From Minisyncoccota bacterium (GTDB taxonomy: Bacteria > Patescibacteriota > Minisyncoccia > Phycocordibacterales > UBA918): a stretch of 64,000 nt of DNA. The stretch covers positions 102,465 to 166,464 of the forward strand of contig JAWKSR010000001.1 in the NCBI GenBank assembly GCA_041389005.1, written 5' to 3'. The notes under the pieces were generated by a model. The model ran no database searches and was not told the DNA's origin. It saw nothing but the letters and a program-made list of their open reading frames with translations. Every line of letters begins with the position of its first letter. The stretch's first letter is position 1. Position numbers and translations under genes: made by a program. Shown in pieces: positions 23,129-31,257 of the stretch.

Positions 23129-23440
23129 ATGTTTGGAAAATTCAAAGACATGGCAATGAAGAAGTTGTTAGAAAAGCAGCTTAAAAATGTGCCTGAAGAT
23201 CAGAAGGCCATGATCATGGCGTTAATGGAAAAAAATCCAGAAGTATTTCAAAAAATTGCTAAAGAAATACAAGCAGAAACTAAAAGCGGTGCTACACAAA
23301 TGCAAGCAGCCATGAAAGTTCTCCCAAGGTATCAAAAGGAAATCTTGGCAGCAATGCCACCAGAAATGAAACAAAAGCTTGTACAGATGCAAGCTGGTAT
23401 ACAAGGAAAATTTAATCCTAACGGTTCGGTTCGTAGATAA
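23129..23440 (+). CDS. Hypothetical Lys/Gln/Met-rich helical protein (103 aa)
   Basis: ORF with its own promoter-like and terminator-like signals. No family recognised. Confidence 0.45.
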   Translation: MFGKFKDMAMKKLLEKQLKNVPEDQKAMIMALMEKNPEVFQKIAKEIQAETKSGATQMQAAMKVLPRYQKEILAAMPPEMKQKLVQMQAGIQGKFNPNGSVRR

Positions 23441-23461
23441 GTAAAACAAAAAGCTATCAAC

Positions 23462-23492
23462 AAAAGAGGAGCGTCCGCGGCGCCCCTCTTTT
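23462..23492 (+). terminator. GC-rich hairpin followed by a T-run
   Basis: aaaagaggagcg...cgcccctctttt. Confidence 0.5.
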
Positions 23493-23508
23493 GTATACTA
23501 TAGCTACT

Positions 23509-24087
23509 ATGTCAAAGAAAATTCTAGTTTTGTTGGGTAACTCAGACACTGAAACATTCTCTGGTGCTATTGCTGATGCATACACGGGGAGTGCGGTAGA
23601 AGCAGGTCATGAAGTTGAACGCGTTAATATCGGTGAGCTTAACTTCGATCCTATTTTGCATAAAGGCTACAAGGTTATTCAAGAGCTCGAACCAGATTTG
23701 CTGGCTTTGCAGGATAAGTTTCGAGCTGCTGATCACATCGTGATTGTATATCCCAACTGGTGGTGCACCATGCCGGCAATCTTGAAAGGACTTTTTGACC
23801 GCTTTTGGATTCCGGGTTTTGCTTTTAACTTTGATAAAGAAACAAAAAAACTTGTTAAGCGTCTGGCCGGCAAAACAGCGCGGGTCATTATTGTAGCTGG
23901 TACACATTCACCATTTAAAACCTGGTGGCAGTTTGGCGACTATACCAATGAAATTCAATACGGAATTTTAGAGTTTGCTGGCATTAAGACAAAAGTGACT
24001 GCTTTTGGGCCCTGTGTAAAGGTAGGCGATGCCTGCCGAGCAAAGTGGCTCACGCGAGTAGCAAAACTTGCCAAAAAGGGTGTATAG
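23509..24087 (+). CDS. Flavodoxin-like-fold NAD(P)H dehydrogenase (quinone)/FMN reductase family
   Basis: KILVLLGNSDTETFSG N-terminus and HIVIVYPNWWCTMPAILKGLFDR, typical of the Flavodoxin_2 / NAD(P)H oxidoreductase family. Confidence 0.7.
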   Translation: MSKKILVLLGNSDTETFSGAIADAYTGSAVEAGHEVERVNIGELNFDPILHKGYKVIQELEPDLLALQDKFRAADHIVIVYPNWWCTMPAILKGLFDRFWIPGFAFNFDKETKKLVKRLAGKTARVIIVAGTHSPFKTWWQFGDYTNEIQYGILEFAGIKTKVTAFGPCVKVGDACRAKWLTRVAKLAKKGV

Positions 24088-24124
24088 AGTTGCTTGGAAA
24101 TAAAAGTTTTATTATATTAACTAT

Positions 24125-24263
24125 GCCCGGACTTGGACATGAAGTTCACGGTTAACGGATCGAGCGCCTACACTCAATATCGTAACTGAGATGCCGGGTA
24201 CAGGCGAAGGTTCATGCCTCCCTGCATGAACCTTCGCTGCCACCCCAACAAGGTGGCTTTTTT
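24125..24263 (+). ncRNA. Candidate ~140-nt small RNA or cis-leader (unclassified)
   Basis: Possible promoter TTGCTT-17-TATATT (24090-24118). P1 is gcccgg/ccgggt enclosing two small hairpins. A 14-bp perfect hairpin follows (24204-24237, loop cuCCCu preceded by gCC), then an intrinsic terminator gccacc/ggtggc plus T6 (24239-24263). Confidence 0.4.
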
Positions 24264-24295
24264 CTTTGTTATAAATCTGCTACCCTTACGCCACT

Positions 24296-25396
24296 ATGTC
24301 ATTGTCTGTTGGAATTGTTGGTCTGCCCAACGTTGGAAAATCAACCCTATTTACTGCCCTCACCAAAAATGAGGTGCTCATCGCTAATTATCCATTTGCT
24401 ACGATTGATCCTACCGTTGGAGTAGTGGCAGTACCTGATGCGCGGCTAGACAGTTTGAGTGCATTATCTAAAAGTGAACAGACGATTCCGGCAATTGTTG
24501 AATTTGTCGATATAGCTGGTCTAGTAAAAGGTGCCTCAGCAGGGGAAGGGCTGGGTAATAAGTTCCTCGCTAATATTCGTGAAGCCGATATGATTGCAGA
24601 AGTAGTCCGTATTTTTGAGGACGAAGATGTGCATCACGTGGCGGGTGCTATTGACCCTATGAGTGACATCGAGACCATCAACCTCGAACTCATCATGGCA
24701 GACGCTGAGACAGTTTCTAAGCGCTTAGGCACACTTGCACGTGAAGTCCGCTCTGGTGATAAAGACGCTAAAGCGCTACATGAATTGCTTGAGCGATTAC
24801 TACCGCACTTGGAGTCAGGTAAGCTAGCAAATAGCCTCGAGATGAACGACAAAGAACGTGCTCTGGTGAAAGGGCTACATTTGTTGACCATGAAACCATT
24901 TTTGTATGTTTGCAACCGCAAAGCTGGTGCCTTTAATTTAGATGAACAAAATGATGAACGTTGGCAAGAGCTGCTCGATTTCTTTTCTAGTAATAACGCA
25001 GAGTACGTTGTGGTTGATGCTGGTGTAGAGCACGAGCTACGTGATTTACAGGAAGAGGAAAAAACAGAATTCCGTCGCGAGTATGGTTCACAGGACAGTG
25101 GCATAGACGCGCTGATTCGCGCCTCTTATCATCGCTTGGGGCTCATGAGCTACTTTACTACTGGTGAGAAGGAGACTCGAGCGTGGACAGTGAGACAGGG
25201 GAGTACCGCACCAGAAGCTGGTGCCGCTATTCATACTGACTTTAAAGATAAGTTCATTCGCGCTCAAGTAGTTTCACATCAAGACCTAATAGCTGCCGGC
25301 TCAAAATCAGCCGCTCGTGACAGTGGCAAACTACGCACCGAAGGAAAAGAATACATTGTGCAAGATGGTGACGTAATTGAGTTCATGCACAGCTAA
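24296..25396 (+). CDS. ychF: Ribosome-binding ATPase YchF
   Basis: 366 aa. G1 motif GLPNVGKST and a C-terminal TGS-like domain. Confidence 0.9.
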   Translation: MSLSVGIVGLPNVGKSTLFTALTKNEVLIANYPFATIDPTVGVVAVPDARLDSLSALSKSEQTIPAIVEFVDIAGLVKGASAGEGLGNKFLANIREADMIAEVVRIFEDEDVHHVAGAIDPMSDIETINLELIMADAETVSKRLGTLAREVRSGDKDAKALHELLERLLPHLESGKLANSLEMNDKERALVKGLHLLTMKPFLYVCNRKAGAFNLDEQNDERWQELLDFFSSNNAEYVVVDAGVEHELRDLQEEEKTEFRREYGSQDSGIDALIRASYHRLGLMSYFTTGEKETRAWTVRQGSTAPEAGAAIHTDFKDKFIRAQVVSHQDLIAAGSKSAARDSGKLRTEGKEYIVQDGDVIEFMHS

Positions 25397-25448
25397 CTAT
25401 TGCTAAACCAGCAAAGCGGCGTATTCTGAAGAAAGAGGAGGTGTTCTC

Positions 25449-25592
25449 ATGATACCTGAACATCAAAAACACATCAGGTTACGAGTAGCGCTTGCGTTCA
25501 TCGCCGCTTTTACGTGGTTTTGCTATCTTATTGGAGCAGACTCGTATTTAGCAAAATCCACAATGACACTTATACGAGGAGGTCTTCTATGA
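25449..25592 (+). CDS. Small hydrophobic peptide (47 aa) with a strong SD
   Basis: AGAGGAGG lies 6 nt upstream of the ATG. The product has one TM helix (LRVALAFIAAFTWFCYLIG). Its stop overlaps the next ATG as ATGA. It is below the ORF-track size cutoff. Confidence 0.4.
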   Translation: MIPEHQKHIRLRVALAFIAAFTWFCYLIGADSYLAKSTMTLIRGGLL

Positions 25593-25825
25593 AAAGTTGT
25601 CTGAAAAACATTTTTGCTGCCATTTTCATGGCAGCGGTGATTGTATTTGCGTATTTGACGGTTTACCAAAAGGGAAACAGCGGTGCGGAGGAATCTGAGC
25701 TGATCAACATCTTTCTTTTTGCTCTCGTTCCCGCGTTTCTTTGTGCTTGGTTTATGCGTCGCGCCTTTCGTCGCTATGGCGTTTGGCGGATAAGCAAAGC
25801 ACTCACTGCCAAAAGTGCTCAATGA
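25589..25825 (+). CDS. Small two-TM membrane protein (78 aa) with a strong SD
   Basis: GAGGAGG upstream of the ATG at 25589. Two hydrophobic helices and a basic C-terminus. Followed by the hairpin at 25849-25874. Confidence 0.45.
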   Translation: MKSCLKNIFAAIFMAAVIVFAYLTVYQKGNSGAEESELINIFLFALVPAFLCAWFMRRAFRRYGVWRISKALTAKSAQ

Positions 25826-25848
25826 CCACTATCGGCAATGTGCCACGA

Positions 25849-25874
25849 AAACCCGGGAAATACGTCCCGGGTTT
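25849..25874. terminator. Bidirectional terminator hairpin between convergent genes
   Basis: aaacccggga / tcccgggttt: 10-bp perfect stem with A/T runs on both sides. Confidence 0.6.
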
Positions 25875-25886
25875 AATGTTTTCGCA

Positions 25887-26156
25887 TTAACTGCCTTGCT
25901 TTGGCGGATTGCGCCGTTGGACAGGACTAACTACGTTAGGGTTCCACTCAGCGGTAATTTCACCATGCTTCTCTTCAAAGTTTTTAAGTTCATGGCTAAG
26001 GTATTATTGTAAACGTTTCGCGTGGGCTGGAGTAAGGGAATACACCTGCGCTTGATTCCCAGAACTAATTGCCATCACAAAATACTCTGGCGAAAATCCA
26101 ACCTTTATATTTTCCGCTAATAATTTTGGCGCTTTTTGAATATCTTCAGCTTTCAT
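25887..26156 (-). pseudogene. DUF3467-like small protein interrupted by an in-frame TAA
   Basis: The 90-codon frame reads MKAEDIQKAPKLLAENIKVGFSPEYFVMAISSGNQAQVYSLTPAHAKRLQ*YLSHELKNFEEKHGEITAEWNP... The stop is at 26004-26006. Family motifs SPE.F, P.HAKRL and F..K.GEI lie on both sides of it. The start ATG overlaps the upstream GIY-YIG stop as ATGA. Confidence 0.6.
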
Positions 26157-26413
26157 CCCGTTAACGTTAGGAAGCGTTTAAGTCTATTTTTAAGATATGC
26201 TTTTCCAGGACCAGATTTTAAGTACTTTTCTCTCGTATGTGCATCATCTTCATTAAGACTGGCTTCATAATAAATAAGTTCCCAGGGCACTCCTTTCTTG
26301 GTGAAAGTAGACTGTCCTAGGTTGTGCTGACTTAAGCGTTTCCGTAAGTCATTGGTGACTCCCGTGTACAATTGACCACTTTTCTCGCTTTTGAGAATGT
26401 AGACATAGTACAT
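26153..26413 (-). CDS. GIY-YIG nuclease-family small protein (UPF0213-like)
   Basis: 86 aa: YYVYILKSEKSGQLYTGVTNDLRKRLSQHN. Confidence 0.8.
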   Translation of the reverse strand: MYYVYILKSEKSGQLYTGVTNDLRKRLSQHNLGQSTFTKKGVPWELIYYEASLNEDDAHTREKYLKSGPGKAYLKNRLKRFLTLTG

Positions 26414-26495
26414 AACAGATTAAACGTTAACGGGATTCATCGACATTATGCCAAAATTGTTACTTTTCCACCAATTCGGGCGTATAATACTGCAT

Positions 26496-27407
26496 ATGGA
26501 ACATACACCAAAAAATATGGCGCTTCAACTTGGCGCCCTCATCACCCTCGTAGTCTCTATTAGCAGCTTACTCGTACTACTATTCGGCGTAATTAACCTC
26601 TTGTTTCCAGACGCAGCCGATAGTTATTGGCAATATGAAAGTGCGCAAGACAGTATTCGCTATGCAATCGCAAGCTTAGTGGTCTTTTTCCCGACTTATT
26701 TAGTCCTCACTCGTAAAGTCAACGTAGCACGACGCCATGAGTCTGGTCTGTATCACACCCTTACCAAGTGGCTAGTGTACTTCGCCCTCTTGGTGGGTGG
26801 CTTGGTCATTTTAGGTGACTTGGTAGCTGTCATAATGGCTTTTCTTAACGGTGAACTTACCACTCGCTTTATTCTCAAAGCTGGCTCAATTCTAGTAGTG
26901 GTTGGTGCCGCGTTTTGGTATTACCAGAAAGATGCCCTTGGCTACTGGAACACTCGAGAAAGGGAATCTATTCGCATTGGACTTATTACCGCAGCACTGG
27001 TAGCTATCAGTGTTGTATACGGCTATGTACAGATTGACTCTCCAAGTGAAACCCGCGATCGAGCAATTGATGAACAACAAATAAATGATTTGACTGATAT
27101 GCAGTGGCGTATTGAAGCCCATATGGCAACTAATGGTCAGTTACCTGAGTCGCTTACAGAAGTCTACGAGGGACTAGATATGCCCGAGTCACCCGAAGAT
27201 CGAGATGCATACCAGTACGAAGTGACTGGGGAGACGACATATAATCTTTGTGCCACCTTCACCAGCGATAGACAAGATCGTAAAGATGAATATAGCTATG
27301 CGGTACCGGTAGCAGAAAAAGGTTACAATCCGCAAAACTACAACTGGGAACATGGCGTGGGTGAAACGTGTTTTGAGCGCACGGTCACTAAACCAGAAAC
27401 CCTGTAA
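26496..27407 (+). CDS. Multi-pass membrane protein with a soluble C-terminal domain (DUF5671-like N-domain, from memory)
   Basis: Four or five TM helices in the N-terminal half and an acidic C-terminal domain. ATG 26496 chosen inside the ORF that opens at 26448. Confidence 0.5.
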   Translation: MEHTPKNMALQLGALITLVVSISSLLVLLFGVINLLFPDAADSYWQYESAQDSIRYAIASLVVFFPTYLVLTRKVNVARRHESGLYHTLTKWLVYFALLVGGLVILGDLVAVIMAFLNGELTTRFILKAGSILVVVGAAFWYYQKDALGYWNTRERESIRIGLITAALVAISVVYGYVQIDSPSETRDRAIDEQQINDLTDMQWRIEAHMATNGQLPESLTEVYEGLDMPESPEDRDAYQYEVTGETTYNLCATFTSDRQDRKDEYSYAVPVAEKGYNPQNYNWEHGVGETCFERTVTKPETL

Positions 27408-27473
27408 TAAGTTGCGTTTTTAGAGAGGCACGGCATAATGACTCCTACGGTTAGTAACTAACGTGGGAGTTTT

Positions 27474-29947
27474 ATGCATAAAAAGTTCGACAGCACAGCT
27501 ATTGAGAAAAAGTGGCAAGCCAAGTGGCAAGCTGACGGTCTTTACGATGTCAAAGATCGTAATAGTGCTAAGGACAAAGAGTATGTGCTAGTAGAACTCC
27601 CATATCCCTCGGGCAATCTCCATATTGGACACTGGTACGCTTTTGCGGTACCTGACATTTACGTGCGCTTTCGGCGCATGACCGGTGTACAAGCCATTTA
27701 CCCGATGGGTTTTGACGCCTTTGGGTTACCCGCTGAAAACGCTGCCATCAAGCGCGGTATCAATCCTCGTGAGTGGACAGAGAGTAACATTGAGTTCATG
27801 AAAACCCAGTTAGCCAGCATGGGTAATGCCTTTTCATGGGACAAAACTGCCAGTACAATTGATCCTAGCTACTACAAATGGACGCAGTGGATGTTTACCA
27901 AGTTTTTTGAGAAAGACATAGCTTATCGCGGTAAAGGGGTAGTGAATTGGTGTCCAGGATGTAACACCGTGATTGCAAACGAACAAGTATTAGCTGATGG
28001 TACGTGTGAACGCAGTGGTGATGGTATCGAAAAAAGAAATGCCGCAGTGGAGCTTCGCATTACAGATTACGCTGACCGTTTAGTTGATGATTTGGACGAT
28101 CTTGATTGGCCAGAGCATATCAAAGAGGCCCAACGGCGCTGAATCGGGCGCTCAGAGGGTAGAAATAGATTTTAAGCTTTCGACTGGTGACACTGTGAGG
28201 GTATTTACCACTCGTCCCGACACGCTCTTTGGCGCCACGTATATGGTGTTGGCGCCAGAACATGATTTGGTACAAAAATCAAGACCACATCACCAACTGG
28301 ACTGAAGTAGCGCAATACATTGACCAAGCAGCGAAAGAAGATGAACAAGATCGCTTAGACGCAGGTAAAGAAAAGACCGGAGTGAAGCTTGAAGGTATAA
28401 CTGCTACCAATCCTGCTAACGGAGAGGAGATCCCTGTCTATATTGCTGACTATGTCCTTGCTTCCTATGGAACTGAGGCAATTATGGCAGTACCTGCTCA
28501 TGATGAACGCGATTTTGCATTCGCTCAAAAGTTTGATCTGGAGATACGTTATGTTGTACGACCATATGTGTCCTCAACCATAACATTTAATGGACCGGAA
28601 AATCATGGAGGCTACGAATCACCAAGTCACGCATTAGACTATGTATTAGAAAACGAATCTCAGGCCATCATTGGTTCCGGGAGTTTAATGAATTCAGGAG
28701 AGTTTGACGGCATGGATTCTGAGGGAGCGAAAGAAGCTATTGTAAAAAAGGTTGGAGGGCAAATGACCAATACCTATCGCTTACGTAACTGGTCAATCGG
28801 ACGACAGCGCTACTGGGGTGTACCGATTCCGATCGTCTACGATCCAGAAGGAAACGCACATGCGGTGCCAAAAGAACATCTCCCTTGGCTTTTGCCGGAA
28901 GATGTAGACCATACACCAACTGGTGAATCACCATTAGCAAAAAGTGAGGAGCTTAAAAAGCGAACAGAAGAGATATTCGGTGCAGGTTGGACACCCGAAG
29001 TTGAGACCATGGACACCTTTGTAGATTCTTCATGGTATTTCCTTCGCTACATTGACCCAAATAATACAGGGAGTTTTTCCTCGCTCCAGGCACAAAAGGA
29101 CTGGATGCCAATTGATATATATTTTGGCGGGGCAGAGCACACTACTATGCACTTACTCTACTCTCGCTTCTGGCAAAAAGCGCTGTTTGATCTCGGTTTA
29201 GTGAGTGCTGAAGAACCGTACAAAAAGCGTATCAATCGCGGGCTTATCCTTGGTCCAGATGGCAATAAGATGAGTAAAAGTAAGGGTAATGTGATAGACC
29301 CCGATGAACAGGTAAGTCGAGTGGGAGCGGATACGGTAAAAATGTACTTGGCTTTCATGGGACCGTACGGAGAAGTAGCTAACTACCCCTGGGATATGGG
29401 TGGTATTGCCGGTCTGCGTCGCTTTTTGGAACGAGTATATGGGCTTTCAGAGCATATTACAGAAGCAGAACCGACTGAAATGACGAAACTACTCCATAAA
29501 ACCATTGCAAAATTGGAGAAGGACATCCCTGAGTATAAGTTCAACACCGCAATTAGCGCTCTGATGGTCTTTATAAATCAAGCGGAAAAAGACGGACTTT
29601 CACAAAATAGTTACACCTTGTTCTTACGTTTGTTAGCGCCGTTTGCACCGCACATTACTGAAGAACTCTGGGAGCAGGCAGGGAACAAGACCTCCGTTCA
29701 TTTAGAATCGTATCCAGAGGCTGATACGACACTACTTGAAGATGAAGAGGTAACCATTGGTGTACAAATAAACGGGAAAGTGCGAGGAAATATCACATTG
29801 GCACCTGATGCCGATGAAACGACAGCAGTAGCTTTGGTTCGTGAGGACGCCAGCTTAGCTAAGTATCTTGCTGAAAAAGAGCCACAAAAAGTTATTTACA
29901 AACCAGGTCGAATCTTAAACCTCATTGTGCCTGACCAGAAGGGTTGA
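27474..29947 (+). pseudogene. leuS: Leucine--tRNA ligase, one in-frame TGA plus two frameshifts within ~120 nt
   Basis: HIGH (GNLHIGH) and KMSKS (NKMSKSKGN) motifs. TGA at 28140-28142 replaces the conserved Trp of QR.WIGRSEG. A frame change occurs at ~28160 (SEG/VEIDF) and another at ~28275 (LVQK/..DHITNW). Confidence 0.9.
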
Positions 29948-30085
29948 CCCTGCCCTGTCAGGCTTGTTGTGTAAATATTGCAAACCTTTTTCTAGTGGCA
30001 AACAGAGAACGTGTAAAGAAACAAAATCGGATTAATTTTGAGCACACCACAAAAATGACAAGCCTACTAGGGCGGGGTTGACCCT
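29941..30085. repeat. MITE-like or long-hairpin element at the leuS 3' end
   Basis: An 11-bp direct repeat gggttgaccct occurs at 29941-29951 and 30075-30085. It flanks imperfect inverted repeats gccctgtcaggcttgt (29952-29967) and acaagcctactagggc (30058-30073), which match at 13 of 16 positions. Confidence 0.35.
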
Positions 30086-30168
30086 TGTCAACTAACATGG
30101 TACAAATACCAGGCATAGAAACTTTATAGGCGTAATTACGCCACATTTCGGGAATTAAAGATGTTGTT

Positions 30169-31194
30169 ATGATCACATTTAAACCTAAACAAGTCACCAA
30201 AAAACTACTCGCTGTACTACCAGACCGCGCTCGCGATGTGCTAGAGAAGCGTTACGGACTCGGCAAAGATGTCGATATTTTTACATTGGAGTCAATTGGG
30301 CAAACTTACGGTATTACTCGTGAGCGCGTCCGTCAGATCGAGAATTATGGGATTTCTTCTATTCAAAAGTCTGAAGAGTATAAGGAGTTTCAGCCTATTT
30401 TTGATGAACTGCAATCAATAATTAATCAACTCGGTGGGGGATTGATTGCTGAAAAGGAACTACTTGATGAATTAGCTAGTGATCAAGCTACCCGAAATCA
30501 TCTCTTCTTTCTCCTAGTCTTAGGTGATCCCTTCTATCGAAGCAAGGAAAATACTTCATACGCACATCGATGGTTCACTGAGAAAAAAATTGCTGAAGCG
30601 GTTGAGTCAGCGCTGCGTTCAGTTTACAAAACACTGAGTCGAGATGAACTGATCTCAGAGGAAGAAGTCTTAAGTCGTTTCCGAAATGAGCTGATTGAAC
30701 TGGCTGAAAAACATGATGAACAAGTGCTTAAGCGCTGGCTCATGATTTCCAAAGATATTGCTTCAAATCCACTAGGTGAATGGGGTCATGCCTCTAGTCC
30801 TAATGTGCGAGTGAAGGGAATTCGTGATTATGCGTACTTGGTAGTAAAACGGCACGGTTCACCAATGCACTTCCGTGAAGTAGCAGAAGCAATTTCAGAA
30901 CTTTTTGGCAAAAAAGCTCACACTGCAACTACCCACAATGAACTCATTAAGGACGAACGCTTTGTGCTTGTAGGACGTGGTCTCTACGCTCTCACTGAGT
31001 GGGGTTACACAGCTGGTGTAGTTAAAGATGTACTCCGAGAAATTCTCGAGAAGCATGGACCTCTCACGCGTGAAGAAATCATCGACAAAGTCCGCAAGGA
31101 ACGATATGTGAAAGACAATACCATCGTAGTGAACCTGCAAGATCCAAATCTTTTTAAAAAGCTTTCCAACGGTTCATACATGCTGGTAGAGTAA
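30169..31194 (+). CDS. DNA-binding protein with a sigma-70 region-4-like HTH and a C-terminal HARE-HTH-like domain
   Basis: RARDVLEKRYGLGKDVDIFTLESIGQTYGITRERVRQIENYGISSI matches sigma region 4.2. The C-terminus (YLVVKRHGSPMHFREVAEAISELFGK...DERFVLVGRGLYALTEWGY) resembles the HARE-HTH of RpoE/delta. Confidence 0.6.
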   Translation: MITFKPKQVTKKLLAVLPDRARDVLEKRYGLGKDVDIFTLESIGQTYGITRERVRQIENYGISSIQKSEEYKEFQPIFDELQSIINQLGGGLIAEKELLDELASDQATRNHLFFLLVLGDPFYRSKENTSYAHRWFTEKKIAEAVESALRSVYKTLSRDELISEEEVLSRFRNELIELAEKHDEQVLKRWLMISKDIASNPLGEWGHASSPNVRVKGIRDYAYLVVKRHGSPMHFREVAEAISELFGKKAHTATTHNELIKDERFVLVGRGLYALTEWGYTAGVVKDVLREILEKHGPLTREEIIDKVRKERYVKDNTIVVNLQDPNLFKKLSNGSYMLVE

Positions 31195-31204
31195 TATTCC
31201 CCAC

Positions 31205-31235
31205 AAAACCCCGACACATTCTGTGTCGGGGTTTT
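31205..31235 (+). terminator. Intrinsic terminator
   Basis: aaaaccccgacaca / tgtgtcggggtttt: 14-bp perfect stem with a 3-nt loop. Confidence 0.75.
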
Positions 31236-31257
31236 GGTACGGTACAATAGACTCATC

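Noticed and set aside
24125-24200. The three-way-junction part of the candidate sRNA as a purine-type or other known riboswitch aptamer controlling ychF
   Set aside because: The conserved junction and loop nucleotides of purine, preQ1, ZTP or c-di-GMP aptamers are not present. ychF is not a typical riboswitch target. The element is kept as an unclassified RNA candidate only.
28140-28142. UGA recoding (code 4 Trp or code 25 Gly) suggested by TGA at the conserved Trp of LeuS
   Set aside because: TGA is used as a genuine terminator at the expected C-termini of several intact genes (1964-3490, mltG, the 31258-32646 gene, GIY-YIG). Reading through them would create implausible extensions. The other two internal stops are TAA. 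A point lesion fits better than an alternative code.
29958-30200. An 80-aa minus-strand ORF in the leuS-downstream spacer
   Set aside because: It spans the MITE-like element and the promoter region of the next gene. It has no SD or promoter context or motifs. It is considered non-coding.
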